Source of the DNA: Clostridia bacterium
Lineage (GTDB): Bacteria > Bacillota > Clostridia > Lachnospirales > Lachnospiraceae
Length of the DNA: 64,000 nucleotides
Assembly: GCA_910576205.1 (NCBI GenBank)
Contig: CAJTHL010000010.1
Span: 72,900 to 136,899 of the forward strand
Reading direction: 5' to 3'
Notes under the pieces: generated by a model
Seen by the model: the letters and a program-made list of their open reading frames with translations, nothing else
What the model was told of the DNA's origin: nothing
Database searches by the model: none
Part shown: piece after piece, positions 37,031-46,625 of the stretch
Layout of the letters: the number at the start of each line of letters is the position of its first letter
Numbering within the stretch: position 1 is the first letter of the stretch
Translations under genes and position numbers: made by a program

Positions 37031-39028
37031 CTATCCCTGCATCCCGTGCATGGGCACCAGATTGTATACGCCATAGGTATAAAAACAGTACAGGGACAAC
37101 AGGCAGGTAAGGCACAGGAACACCCGGAAAACCTTATCCTTCCCCTCCCGGTCTGCCCGGTAAGCCAGAAAGGCCCCATAAATAAGGATGGGGACAAGAT
37201 ATCTCCCCTGGGGCTGGAAATCAATCACCCAGCCGTTATACACAATCAACGCATAGTGTACCCCCATGGTAAATACCGCCGCAGCCAGCTCCCACCAGGC
37301 CTTAGCGCTTTTTGCCCGCCAGACCCTGTATACAAAATATCCCAGCAGGGCCAGGTAAAGTATTCCCATCACCATATAATACCAGTCGGCCGCCCCAAAG
37401 GCGTAGGAGCCGAAAAATCCCGCAAAGGTGCGGAAAAGATTCTTGTTAAAGTCAAACCCGGTAAGGAATTCTCCCAGAGTGACGCCCTTTTCCATAAAGC
37501 TCATGGAATATGCCCGTTCCATGGGCGGCGTGGAAAACTTATAGCCGTAGTCCGCCGTTTTCTCCAGCATTTCCATATAGACATCGTATTTTGCAAACCC
37601 GTAATAGGGGAAATCCGTAATCATGTAGCGCAGGGCAAAAATCACAAGCGTAGCACCCAGGATGGTGAGATACCGGAAAAGCAGCGTCCGCTGTACCTTT
37701 CGTTTTTCCTCTATGCCAGTGTTCCCCCCATCTCCCGCCGGGCCGGAAGCGCTCTCCCAGCCGTCTGTCCAGGGATAAAACAGCCGGATCAGAAGAATAA
37801 GGAACACAAAGATCAGCACCGGATAAAAGGAGGGCTTGCCCCACAGAATCTGCACAAATAAGAGCCCCAGTAGGAACACATACCAGATATGTTTTTTGCA
37901 GAAAGGCTTCCCGATCACCTGGTTAAGCATACTTTCCTTTCTGATAAGCTCATAGAGGCACAGAAAGCTCATAAAATAATCGTAGGAATCCGAAGTACAG
38001 TAGGAAAAGAGATACCACACCTGGGGTGTCAGAAGAACGGCAAAAAGAAGCGCGCTGTTTTTCCTGATATTTTTAAGGGCCATTCCCGCCATAATGCAGA
38101 AGGTGATGGTGGTAAAGAGGCGCACCCGGATAATCTCGTCGGTAAACACCTGTCCGGTTTTTGCAGTGAGGAAATAAAAAAGATTCCATTCGCTGTGGCG
38201 GGTGGTTCCGTAAATGGCATAAGAATTGATAATGGCCGGATCCCGCATGTCCGGCGGCATAAAATGGGAAAAATAATGCTCCACCACGGTAAGGGTGTGG
38301 ATTTCATCCGGGTTGAGGTAAAAAGGATTGCGAAATCCCACATATACGGTAAGGAAAACCGCGCCCAGAAGCCCCCCGGACAAAAGAACGGCCGTACAGC
38401 GGTAAAAGAGGCCCCAACCGGAAATCTCCCTTTGAAGCCACAAAACCAGCAGCACAAAAAGGCAGATCCCTCCGCCAAAAACCAGAATGCCCAGTATTTT
38501 TACCGAAAAAGGCGTCGCCCCATACAGATCCTTAAAAGCATCCGTGGGAAGCATCTGGGGATCGTCCCCGGTTACCAGGAAGGTGAAATCCTCCCCCTCC
38601 AGAAGTTCCATATCCCCGTTTACTGTAAAGCACTCCCGAAGCTCCCCGCCGTCAAGCTGCAAAACGGGAATGCCGTTTTTTGACACGGTAATGCCGGTAA
38701 GCGTCAGGGGCTCCCCGCTCTTGTAATACTGATCCAGAGGGTCGATACGCTTTAAGGCGCAGCGGCTCCCTATCTGAACATCCAGGTAGGAGACCCGGGC
38801 AGTTCCCCGGTTCACCACCCGGTATCTGGCATCCCTGGCCGCCGCCTGCTCCCGGGGACCTGCAAACACCGTGACGATAACCTCCCCATGGGGATCCTCC
38901 GCAAAGTTCAGGGTCACCGTCGTATAGACAGGCGTCAGAAACAGACACAGGACAGTCCACAGGGCCGCCAGCGCCAGAATCACCAGTTTTTTATTGGAAA
39001 ATTTCAAAGAGACTTTCTTCATCATCAT
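37031..39028 (-). CDS. large polytopic membrane protein (YfhO/DUF2142-like?), function unknown
   Basis: 665 aa. Signal/anchor + extracytoplasmic N-domain then >10 TM. 10-nt gap to the helicase gene, likely co-transcribed. Confidence 0.5.
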   Translation of the reverse strand: MMMKKVSLKFSNKKLVILALAALWTVLCLFLTPVYTTVTLNFAEDPHGEVIVTVFAGPREQAAARDARYRVVNRGTARVSYLDVQIGSRCALKRIDPLDQYYKSGEPLTLTGITVSKNGIPVLQLDGGELRECFTVNGDMELLEGEDFTFLVTGDDPQMLPTDAFKDLYGATPFSVKILGILVFGGGICLFVLLVLWLQREISGWGLFYRCTAVLLSGGLLGAVFLTVYVGFRNPFYLNPDEIHTLTVVEHYFSHFMPPDMRDPAIINSYAIYGTTRHSEWNLFYFLTAKTGQVFTDEIIRVRLFTTITFCIMAGMALKNIRKNSALLFAVLLTPQVWYLFSYCTSDSYDYFMSFLCLYELIRKESMLNQVIGKPFCKKHIWYVFLLGLLFVQILWGKPSFYPVLIFVFLILLIRLFYPWTDGWESASGPAGDGGNTGIEEKRKVQRTLLFRYLTILGATLVIFALRYMITDFPYYGFAKYDVYMEMLEKTADYGYKFSTPPMERAYSMSFMEKGVTLGEFLTGFDFNKNLFRTFAGFFGSYAFGAADWYYMVMGILYLALLGYFVYRVWRAKSAKAWWELAAAVFTMGVHYALIVYNGWVIDFQPQGRYLVPILIYGAFLAYRADREGKDKVFRVFLCLTCLLSLYCFYTYGVYNLVPMHGMQG

Positions 39029-39099
39029 GTAATTTCCTGGATCTGTAAAATTATGTAAAATACTGTGCGATCACAAAAAAGACTGTCCCGTCCTTCTTA

Positions 39100-39672
39100 T
39101 CAGATCATATCCGGGGAGGTTTCCTGCCCAAAAGCCGGCTGGACGGACACGTTAACCGGCTCCGCTCCGGCTTCCGTAGCTTCCCCGTTTGTTCCTCCTT
39201 CTTCTGGAAGAGCTTCCCTGTCCGTATCTCCTCCCTCTGCCGGAAGAGCTTCCCCGTCCGTATCTCCTCCCTCTGCCGGAAGAGCTTCTCCGTCCGTCTG
39301 CCCTCCCTCTGCCGGAAGAGCCTCTCCGTCCGTCTGCCCGTCGCCCTTGATAAGGCCTTCCTCTGCCGGAAGGGAGCCTTCCTCCGTGATCTCAATCTGA
39401 TCCATCATTCTGGCCAGCATGGTGTCCACGTGGAAATCCTCTGTCATATCCTTCTGGATATGGGCCAGAATCCCGGCGCTGTCCAGGGTATGCAGCTTCA
39501 TGCCCGTATAGTCCAGCAGGACATAGCACAGAAACAGCGCCAGGCTCACATAAAACCGGATGCGGAACCAGGGAATCTCCGAATCCTCCCCGCTTCCTGC
39601 AAAGGAGCCGTATCTCCCCCGCTCCTGCCGCTCCAGCAGCATCTGGCGATACTGACCGGATTCTCTCGCCAT
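39100..39672 (-). CDS. membrane protein with 12-aa tandem repeats (GEALPAEGGxTD)x4
   Basis: 190 aa. One TM; C-terminal acidic repeats encoded by 36-nt tandem DNA repeats. Confidence 0.5.
   Translation of the reverse strand: MARESGQYRQMLLERQERGRYGSFAGSGEDSEIPWFRIRFYVSLALFLCYVLLDYTGMKLHTLDSAGILAHIQKDMTEDFHVDTMLARMMDQIEITEEGSLPAEEGLIKGDGQTDGEALPAEGGQTDGEALPAEGGDTDGEALPAEGGDTDREALPEEGGTNGEATEAGAEPVNVSVQPAFGQETSPDMI
39207..39375. repeat. 36-nt tandem direct repeat x ~4.5 (coding)
   Basis: ggaagagcttccctgtccgtatctcctccctctgcc repeated with a few substitutions. Confidence 0.8.
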
Positions 39673-39726
39673 AAAACCCCCCCTTTCCTCTTCCCTATAG
39701 CTTATGCAAAAAAGAGGGATTTCATG

Positions 39727-40824
39727 TCAGCGGTTGGCCAGCTCCCTGGTCACGTCCTCCCAGGTGACGCCCCGCTCCACCATCAATACCATGGCATGGT
39801 ACAGAAGATCCGACATCTCGTAACGGATTTCCTCGGGATCCGGATTCTTGGCGGCGATAATCAGCTCCGCCGTCTCCTCCCCCACCTTCTTTAAAATCTT
39901 GTCGATGCCCTTGTCAAAGAGATAGTTGGTGTAGGAGCCCTCCTTGGGATGGGCCTTCCGGTCCGCAATCACGCCATAAACCTTTTCAAAGACCTTTAAG
40001 GGATTTGTGCTGCTAAATTCCCTCCTGGCAATATCCTGGTAAAAACAACTATGGTTTCCTGTGTGGCAGGCCGCCCCGGTCTGGGATACCCTGGCCAGAA
40101 TGGTGTCGTAGTCACAGTCTACCATAAGCTCCTTCACATACTGGTAATGGCCGCTGGTATCCCCCTTGACCCACAGCTCCTGACGGCTTCTGCTCCAGTA
40201 GGTCATTTTCCCTGTCCGGATGGTAGCGTTGTAGGCCTCCTCATTCATATAGGCCACCATAAGCACCTCATCCGTCTTGTAATCCTGCACCACCACGGTT
40301 ACCATGCCGTCGGAATTTAACTTAAACTCCGCCCACTCCATATTGCAGTCGAGGGGCTTTACACACTCGGTAAAGGGCTTCAGCTCATTTAAATATATCA
40401 GCTCGCTGACATACTCCTCCACCAGGGCCGCCGGCGCGCTAACCACATCCGTGCTGTCCACCGCAGCCGCGATTTTCTCCCTGCCAAAACGCCGGGAAAC
40501 CTCCTCTGTCAGGTCAATGTTGGACTGCTTGCCATAGTTCAGAATAGCCTTGGCGCATCCTGTATAGAGAACCTTTTTCACATCCTCCATGCGGTTAATA
40601 TGGCCCCCCGCCTTCACGGGTGTCTCCGCCACACGGACAATTTCTTTCAGCACGCCCATATTCCGCTCGTGCTCCGCGTCGCTGTCAGCCAGATCAAACA
40701 CCAGAATTTCATCGGCCCCGTTATCGCTGAAATATTTCGCCAGAGTAACGGCGTCCCTTCCGTCCTCCGCCTTGCCGTCCGCCAGACGGATACATCCGAT
40801 ATTTTTCGTGTTCATCATAATCAC
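39727..40824 (-). CDS. hisI: HisA/HisF-like N-terminal half barrel fused to bifunctional phosphoribosyl-AMP cyclohydrolase / phosphoribosyl-ATP pyrophosphatase
   Basis: 365 aa. Residues ~1-150 align to HisA/HisF beta1-beta5 ('NIGCIRLADGK', 'LAKYFSDNGADEILVFDL', 'KAGGHINRMEDVKKVL'). Then HisI ('VVVQDYKTDEVLMVAYMNEEAY...GHYQ') and HisE ('EETAELIIAAKN...EMSDLLYHAMVLM'). Confidence 0.75.
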   Translation of the reverse strand: MIMMNTKNIGCIRLADGKAEDGRDAVTLAKYFSDNGADEILVFDLADSDAEHERNMGVLKEIVRVAETPVKAGGHINRMEDVKKVLYTGCAKAILNYGKQSNIDLTEEVSRRFGREKIAAAVDSTDVVSAPAALVEEYVSELIYLNELKPFTECVKPLDCNMEWAEFKLNSDGMVTVVVQDYKTDEVLMVAYMNEEAYNATIRTGKMTYWSRSRQELWVKGDTSGHYQYVKELMVDCDYDTILARVSQTGAACHTGNHSCFYQDIARREFSSTNPLKVFEKVYGVIADRKAHPKEGSYTNYLFDKGIDKILKKVGEETAELIIAAKNPDPEEIRYEMSDLLYHAMVLMVERGVTWEDVTRELANR

Positions 40825-41408
40825 AAACTTCCTTTCGTTGATAATACATCCACAATGCGTGGATCCTTTGCCACCGCCATATCCAGGGCCTTGGCAAAGG
40901 CCTTAAACATTCCCTCTGTCATATGATGGCTGTTGGAGCCGGACAGCATACGAAAATGCAGATTCATGGCCGCCTGGCAGGATACCGCATAGAAAAACTC
41001 CGCCACCATCTGGGTGTCGAAATCTCCCACCTGCGGGCTGGGAAACACTGCGTCAGATACATAATAGGGCCGCCCGGACAAATCCAGGGAGCAGAGCACC
41101 AGGGCTTCATCCATGGGCAGAATGCAGGTTCCAAACCGCACAATGCCCTTTTTATCCCCCACCGCCTCCTTTATGGCCTGCCCCAGCACAATTCCCGTGT
41201 CCTCCACGGTGTGATGGCAATCCACCTGCAGATCCCCCTTTACCCTGCAGGTCAGGTCAAAGAGCCCATGGCGGGCAAATCCATCCAGCATATGGTCAAA
41301 AAAACCAATGCCCGTGGAAATCTCCGCCTTTCCGGCGCCGTCCAGATTAAGGCCCAGGGAAATGTCCGTCTCCTTTGTGGTCCGCGTAATCTGTGCTACT
41401 CTCTCCAT
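40821..41408 (-). CDS. hisB: imidazoleglycerol-phosphate dehydratase
   Basis: 195 aa. 'RTTKETDISLGLNLDG...GFFDHMLDGFARHGLFDL' matches HisB. Confidence 0.9.
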   Translation of the reverse strand: MERVAQITRTTKETDISLGLNLDGAGKAEISTGIGFFDHMLDGFARHGLFDLTCRVKGDLQVDCHHTVEDTGIVLGQAIKEAVGDKKGIVRFGTCILPMDEALVLCSLDLSGRPYYVSDAVFPSPQVGDFDTQMVAEFFYAVSCQAAMNLHFRMLSGSNSHHMTEGMFKAFAKALDMAVAKDPRIVDVLSTKGSL

Positions 41409-41480
41409 CTCTATCCCTCCTATAAAAGTCGCTGCGCGACAGCACTAAAGGGTAAAGTCGCTTCGGCACACCTGTAATGA

Positions 41481-41520
41481 GAGGAACTTTCATTCGAAAG
41501 AACACTCATGAAAGTTCCTC
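41481..41520. repeat. 13-bp perfect inverted repeat (hairpin) in hisD-hisB spacer
   Basis: gaggaactttcat-N14-atgaaagttcctc. Confidence 0.7.
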
Positions 41521-41613
41521 TCGTGTACCTTTGCGGCTTTACCGGCCAGCCAAAAGTATTTTTTATAAATACTTGACATTTCTTAGCTGGACTGTTATAA
41601 ACCGCTGCATTTT

Positions 41614-42906
41614 TTACTCTTCGAAGCGCACCGCAATGGAATTTGCATGGGCCGTAAGCCCCTCCGCCTGGGCAAAAGCCTCCACGTCCGTGTGTACGGC
41701 TTCCAGGGCTTCCCGGGAATAATACACGATGCTGGATTTTTTCACAAAATCGTCCACACTTAGGGGAGAAAAAAACTTTGCCGTCCCGTTGGTGGGCAGA
41801 ATATGGTTGGGGCCCGCAAAATAATCCCCCAAAGGCTCGCTGGCGTATTCCCCCAGGAAAATGGCCCCGGCATTTCTGATCTTTGTCATTACATAGAAGG
41901 GATCTCTTGTGACAATCTCCAGGTGCTCCGAGGCGATCTCGTTTGCCGCGTTGATGGCGTCCTCAAGGCTGTCTGCCACCAGGATATACCCGTAATTTTC
42001 CAGGGATTTTTCCAGAATTCCCCTCCTGGAAAGTTTCTCCACAAAGGCGTCCACCTCCTCTGACACTGCCTGGGCCAGTTCCCGGCTGGTGGTCACCAGA
42101 ATGGCGGAAGCCATCTCGTCATGCTCCGCCTGGGAAAGTAGGTCTGCCGCCACAAAACGGGGATTGGCTGTCTCGTCCGCCAGCACCAGGATTTCGCTGG
42201 GCCCCGCAATGGAGTCAATGCTGACATAGCCAAAAACCGCCTTTTTTGCCAGGGCCACATAGATATTTCCGGGGCCCACAATCTTGTCCACCTTGGGAAC
42301 GCTCTTTGTTCCAAAAGCCAGAGCCCCGATGGCCTGGGCTCCGCCTGCCTTGTACACCTCATCCGCCCCCGCCTCCATGGCCGCTACCAGGGTATTGGGA
42401 TTCACCTTCCCGTCCCTTCCGGGCGGGGTCACCATAACGATCTTTCCCACGCCGGCCACCTTTGCGGGAACAATGTTCATCAAAACGGAGGAGGGATACA
42501 CCGCCTTTCCCCCGGGCACATAGACGCCGCAGGAGGCGATAGGGGTGATTTTCTGTCCAAGCATGGTTCCGTTTTCCCCGCTGTCAAACCAGCTGTAACG
42601 TCTCTGCTTCTCGTGATAGGCCCGGATATTTTTAAGGGCTTTGCGAATCACCTCCAGAAGCTCCGGCTCCACCTGCCGGTAAGCCTCTTCCACCTCCCCG
42701 GGCGTCACCCGCACCGTTTCCGCCGTCACCTGCGCGCCGTCAAAGCGGCTGGTGTAATCAAAAAGGGCCGCGTCCCCCTCTTTCCGTACCCGGTCTACGA
42801 TCTCTGACACCCGGTCCATATATTCCCCGTAATTATTGGGGCTTCTCTTCAAAAGCTGATCCAGCAGGTTTTTCCGGCTGTTCTCCTCCAGCTGTAATAT
42901 CCTCAT
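41614..42906 (-). CDS. hisD: histidinol dehydrogenase
   Basis: 430 aa, HisD-like throughout. Confidence 0.9.
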   Translation of the reverse strand: MRILQLEENSRKNLLDQLLKRSPNNYGEYMDRVSEIVDRVRKEGDAALFDYTSRFDGAQVTAETVRVTPGEVEEAYRQVEPELLEVIRKALKNIRAYHEKQRRYSWFDSGENGTMLGQKITPIASCGVYVPGGKAVYPSSVLMNIVPAKVAGVGKIVMVTPPGRDGKVNPNTLVAAMEAGADEVYKAGGAQAIGALAFGTKSVPKVDKIVGPGNIYVALAKKAVFGYVSIDSIAGPSEILVLADETANPRFVAADLLSQAEHDEMASAILVTTSRELAQAVSEEVDAFVEKLSRRGILEKSLENYGYILVADSLEDAINAANEIASEHLEIVTRDPFYVMTKIRNAGAIFLGEYASEPLGDYFAGPNHILPTNGTAKFFSPLSVDDFVKKSSIVYYSREALEAVHTDVEAFAQAEGLTAHANSIAVRFEE

Positions 42907-43544
42907 TCTGCCAAAACCTCCTTCAGATTGCGGAGCAATTCCCCGATCCGCTGGTTTTCCATCTTCATGCTCACCTGGTTTACCACCATGCGGGCAGACA
43001 GTGATACGATCTCCTCCAGCACCTGGAGGCCGTTTTCCTTTAAGGTGGAGCCTGTCTCCACAATGTCCACAATCACCTCGGAAAGTCCCACTATGGGCGC
43101 CAGCTCTATGGAGCCGTTCAGCTTGATGATCTCCACAGTCTGATGCCTTTTATTATAGAAGTAATCCTTGGCAATGTTGGGATATTTCGTGGCTACCCGT
43201 ATCAGTTCCTGGTGCCGCAGAAGTTCCCGGGCGGATTCCGGCCCGCACACGCACATGCGGCATTTTCCAAAGCCCAGATCCAGCACTTCGTACATGGAAC
43301 GGCCCTCTTCCAGAATCGTATCCTTGCCCACCACGCCCATGTCCGCGGCGCCATACTCCACATAGGTGGGCACGTCCGGCCCCTTTGCCAGGAAAAACCG
43401 GAGCTTGTGCTCCTCGTTTACAAATATCAGTTTCCGGCTGGCCGGATCTTTCATTTCCTCACAGGTAATGCCTGCCCGCTCAAACACATCCAGGGTTTTC
43501 TTTGCGAGGCGGCCCTTTGTCAGAGCAAAAGTGAGATATCTCAT
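42903..43544 (-). CDS. hisG: ATP phosphoribosyltransferase, short form
   Basis: 213 aa '[26 protein letters not shown]'. Confidence 0.9.
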   Translation of the reverse strand: MRYLTFALTKGRLAKKTLDVFERAGITCEEMKDPASRKLIFVNEEHKLRFFLAKGPDVPTYVEYGAADMGVVGKDTILEEGRSMYEVLDLGFGKCRMCVCGPESARELLRHQELIRVATKYPNIAKDYFYNKRHQTVEIIKLNGSIELAPIVGLSEVIVDIVETGSTLKENGLQVLEEIVSLSARMVVNQVSMKMENQRIGELLRNLKEVLAE

Positions 43545-43556
43545 ATGGTATTCCTC

Positions 43557-44753
43557 CTATTCCAGTCCCGCATCTGCTACACAGCGGACATCGTCCACAC
43601 CCATGCGCCGGGCGTAAGAGCGATAGGCCTCCATGGTCTTTCCCTCCTCCATCCGGAGAAGCTCCACCGGCGTGCCCGCCTCCCGCAGGGTCTTTGCCTG
43701 GGCGACGGCTTTAGCCCGCTCCTCCTCCCGGTAGAGAAGCAGCAGGGCCGGCATGGGGGTGGGAATCTTGATATTCTGCCGGTTCAGCGCCATAAGAAGC
43801 TGGTCAACTACGATGGCAAAACCCACGGAGGGAGCATTTTTTCCGAAATGCCCAAGAAGCGTGTCGTAGCGGCCTCCTTTTACCACCGGCTCCCCGGTGC
43901 CGTAGGTGTAGGCCCTGAAGAGAATACCCGTATAATATTTGTATTTGCTTACGATTCCCAGGTCAAAGGAAATATATTTTTCCAGACCGTAAAGCTTCAA
44001 AATTTCATAGAGCTTCGCCAGGCGTTCCACCGCCTCTCTCCCCTCCCGGTTCACCGCCAGGGCGGAGGCTTTTTCCAGAATTTCCCTGGAACCATACATC
44101 TGAGGCAGACAGACCAATGCTTCCTTTACATTCTCCCTTATGGAAAGCCCCGACAGCAGCTCCTCCGCGCCAAAATGATTCTTGTTGGAGATCAGCTCAC
44201 GAAGGGCCAGCTCGTCCTCCTCACCGATCTGCGCCTCCCCAAGAAGGCTCTTAAAGTAACCGATATGGCCCACGCTGATCTGGAACTCCCGAAGTCCCGC
44301 GCTTATCAGGGATTCCGCCACAAGGGCCAGCATTTCCGCGTCCGCGTCCACGGACAATTCCCCCATGCATTCCGCCCCCAGCTGGGTGACCTCCTTTAAG
44401 CGCCCCTGGAAATTGGCGTTGTTGATAAAGGTATTTCCCATATAACACAGGCGGATGGGCATGTCCTCCTCCAGAAAATACCTGGACGCCGCCCGGGCAA
44501 TGGAAGGGGTGATATCCGGCCGCAGTACCAGGGTATTTCCCTCCCTGTCAAAAAACTTGTACAGCTCTCTGGAAGGAACCGTCCCTACCTCCTTGCTGAA
44601 CACGTCAAAAAACTCAAAGGTGGGCGTCTGGATATTCCGGTATCCGTACCGCCGCAGGGTATCGTGCAAAAGCTCCTGAAGGCAAAGCTTTTTCTGACAC
44701 TCCTCATTGTAAATATCCCGCACGCCCTCCGGCGTATGCAAAATCTGTTTCAT
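43557..44753 (-). CDS. hisZ: ATP phosphoribosyltransferase regulatory subunit (HisRS paralogue)
   Basis: Start at MKQILHTPEGVRDIYNEE (RBS GGGAGGAG); class II aaRS-like motifs. Confidence 0.85.
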   Translation of the reverse strand: MKQILHTPEGVRDIYNEECQKKLCLQELLHDTLRRYGYRNIQTPTFEFFDVFSKEVGTVPSRELYKFFDREGNTLVLRPDITPSIARAASRYFLEEDMPIRLCYMGNTFINNANFQGRLKEVTQLGAECMGELSVDADAEMLALVAESLISAGLREFQISVGHIGYFKSLLGEAQIGEEDELALRELISNKNHFGAEELLSGLSIRENVKEALVCLPQMYGSREILEKASALAVNREGREAVERLAKLYEILKLYGLEKYISFDLGIVSKYKYYTGILFRAYTYGTGEPVVKGGRYDTLLGHFGKNAPSVGFAIVVDQLLMALNRQNIKIPTPMPALLLLYREEERAKAVAQAKTLREAGTPVELLRMEEGKTMEAYRSYARRMGVDDVRCVADAGLE

Positions 44754-44855
44754 AAGTCTGCTCCTCCCGCCCGGCCCGCTTCCATTTTCCGGGAAACCGC
44801 CGGCCAAACACGCCTTTTACTTTACTCTGGTAAATTACAAAAGTACAGTGTAACT

Positions 44856-44884
44856 ATTATAGGGCAGGACAGGGAAAAAGTCAA
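44856..44884 (-). promoter_or_regulatory. his operon promoter
   Basis: Minus strand TTGACT-17-TATAAT about 95 nt upstream of hisZ; overlaps recU 3' end. Confidence 0.5.
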
Positions 44885-45429
44885 TCCATCCCTTTATCCT
44901 TTCTCTCCAGGTCTTTTTGCAGCCCTTCCAGGTAAGGCACCAGAACGTTTCCTCCCTGGCGCAGAAAAAATGCCGCGTCCAGCTCCTCGTAGCGGAAGCT
45001 CTTGCGGCCGCCCTCCTGGGCCCTGTCCCAGAATTTCTTCATGTGATCGTAGGGCAGATAATAAAACACACCCCTTCCGCTGTAAAAAATCAGAAGAAAG
45101 GCGCATCCCCCCTGTTTTTCAAAATCCCCCATAAAGGCCACCTGATGGGCGTGGATATTCTGCAAAGGGAAGGTGTCCGTGGCGCACTCCTTGGCGTCAA
45201 AACACACGGGAATCCCTTGAACCGCGCCGATATAATCCACCGTGCTTTTCTGGTCAAAATAAGCCAGGGTAATATGGCGGTGCTCCTTATCGATTTTAAT
45301 GGGCGTAATGGGCGTGGGCACCTTCTGAATCAGCGCCAGCCCTTCTTCCCGGTATTTGTCGTTGGCCCGGTTGACGAGGTCTTCCAGGGTGGAACCCCGA
45401 AGCCCCCTGGAATTCCAGGTCGCCATCAA
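44881..45429 (-). CDS. recU: Holliday junction resolvase RecU
   Basis: 182 aa 'STLEDLVNRANDKYREEGLALIQKVPTPI...FDAKE' RecU family. Confidence 0.8.
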   Translation of the reverse strand: MMATWNSRGLRGSTLEDLVNRANDKYREEGLALIQKVPTPITPIKIDKEHRHITLAYFDQKSTVDYIGAVQGIPVCFDAKECATDTFPLQNIHAHQVAFMGDFEKQGGCAFLLIFYSGRGVFYYLPYDHMKKFWDRAQEGGRKSFRYEELDAAFFLRQGGNVLVPYLEGLQKDLERKDKGMD

Positions 45430-45530
45430 TCCTCACGCATCCTTTCTCTCCTCTATATCGTCCGGGACTTCCCGCCCCTTCCAGGCGGCTTCCAATAGTC
45501 CGCCCCTCCTCTTTTAATCCTTCTGGCCCT

Positions 45531-46514
45531 TTATCCCTCTCCCATATCCTCCAGCAGTCTCCCAAACAGCTCCGGCAACGGCGCAATAACCTCACTCTCT
45601 GATAGCCCTGCAAGCGCTCCGGAAAGTCTGGGAAACTCCATACGATACGCGTGAAGAAGCTGATGGGACAGGCCATATGTCTTCTTAAAGTACCTGTTCA
45701 TTTCCGGGATCCCGTATTTCCCATCCCCCACCAGGGGATGTCCCATACTGGCCAGATGGACCCGGATCTGGTGTGTGCGCCCGGTAATGAGATTCACTTC
45801 CAGATAAGTATAGGGACGCCCCCCTAAAGTAAGCCCCCTAAGGGGCCTGTACTCCGTACACACGGGAAGCGCCCTCGGCCGCTCTTTTGAAAAGAGATGG
45901 GCCTGGTTTGCCGCCTCGTCCTTTAAGAGCCAGCCCTGGATTCTCCTGGACTCCTCCACCAGGCCCGCCACAATGCAGCGGTAATATTTGTGAAGGCCGC
46001 GCTCCTTAAAAAGTCCGTTCATAGCCCGAAGCCCCGAAAGGCTTTTTCCCGCCGCCACCAGGCCGCTGGTATTCCGGTCCAGCCGGTTGCAGACGCCTGG
46101 CCGGAATACCCGAAGCTCCTCCTTTGTAATCTGGCCGGATTCCAGAAGATAGGCCGTCACATGCTCCACCAGGGAGACATCCGTCTCCTTCGCCTTCTGG
46201 GAGAGCATGCCCGCCGGCTTATTGAGAAGGAGCACATGGCTGTCCTCATAGATAATGGAAAGATCTGTCTTTTCCCTCCGGAGAGGGAGGCTTTTCTTCT
46301 GAAAGCCTTCCAGGGTTTCCTCGGACAGGTAAATCTCCACCGTGTCCCCCAAAACCAGCCGTTCGCTCCCCAAAGCCCTCTTTCCGTTCAGCTTGATATT
46401 CTTTTTGCGCAGCATCTTATATAAAAAGCTTTTTGGCGCCTGTTCCAGGTATTTTGTAAGAATCCTGTCCAGACGCTGTCCCGCCTCATTTTCCCCAATC
46501 CGCAATGTCCGCAA
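45531..46514 (-). CDS. RluA-family 23S rRNA pseudouridine synthase (RluD-like)
   Basis: 327 aa. S4 domain N-terminus; 'HQIRVH' catalytic region. Confidence 0.8.
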   Translation of the reverse strand: MRTLRIGENEAGQRLDRILTKYLEQAPKSFLYKMLRKKNIKLNGKRALGSERLVLGDTVEIYLSEETLEGFQKKSLPLRREKTDLSIIYEDSHVLLLNKPAGMLSQKAKETDVSLVEHVTAYLLESGQITKEELRVFRPGVCNRLDRNTSGLVAAGKSLSGLRAMNGLFKERGLHKYYRCIVAGLVEESRRIQGWLLKDEAANQAHLFSKERPRALPVCTEYRPLRGLTLGGRPYTYLEVNLITGRTHQIRVHLASMGHPLVGDGKYGIPEMNRYFKKTYGLSHQLLHAYRMEFPRLSGALAGLSESEVIAPLPELFGRLLEDMGEG

Positions 46515-46625
46515 AATCCGTGCCTCCCATTTCCCCAGCCTGCAAGGCCTGCTCCTCCAGCTCCCCAGCCTGCAGGAGCTGTCTGTTCCTCTAAGCCCCC
46601 GGACTGTATTTCAAACCGCTGTATC

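Noticed and set aside
39207-39375. Possible CRISPR array (regular 36-nt repeats)
   Set aside because: Repeats are directly adjacent with no spacers, lie inside an ORF and stay in frame; this is a coding tandem repeat, not CRISPR.
41572-41600. Perfect plus-strand TTGACA-17-TATAAA promoter in hisD-hisB spacer
   Set aside because: It points antisense into hisD with no plus-strand gene downstream. It may be fortuitous, or it may drive an antisense RNA; there is not enough evidence to call it.
43143-44399. 418-aa plus-strand ORF
   Set aside because: Antisense to hisZ/hisG.
44754-44848. Possible His T-box upstream of hisZ
   Set aside because: Leader is only ~95 nt and lacks the T-box consensus and a terminator hairpin.
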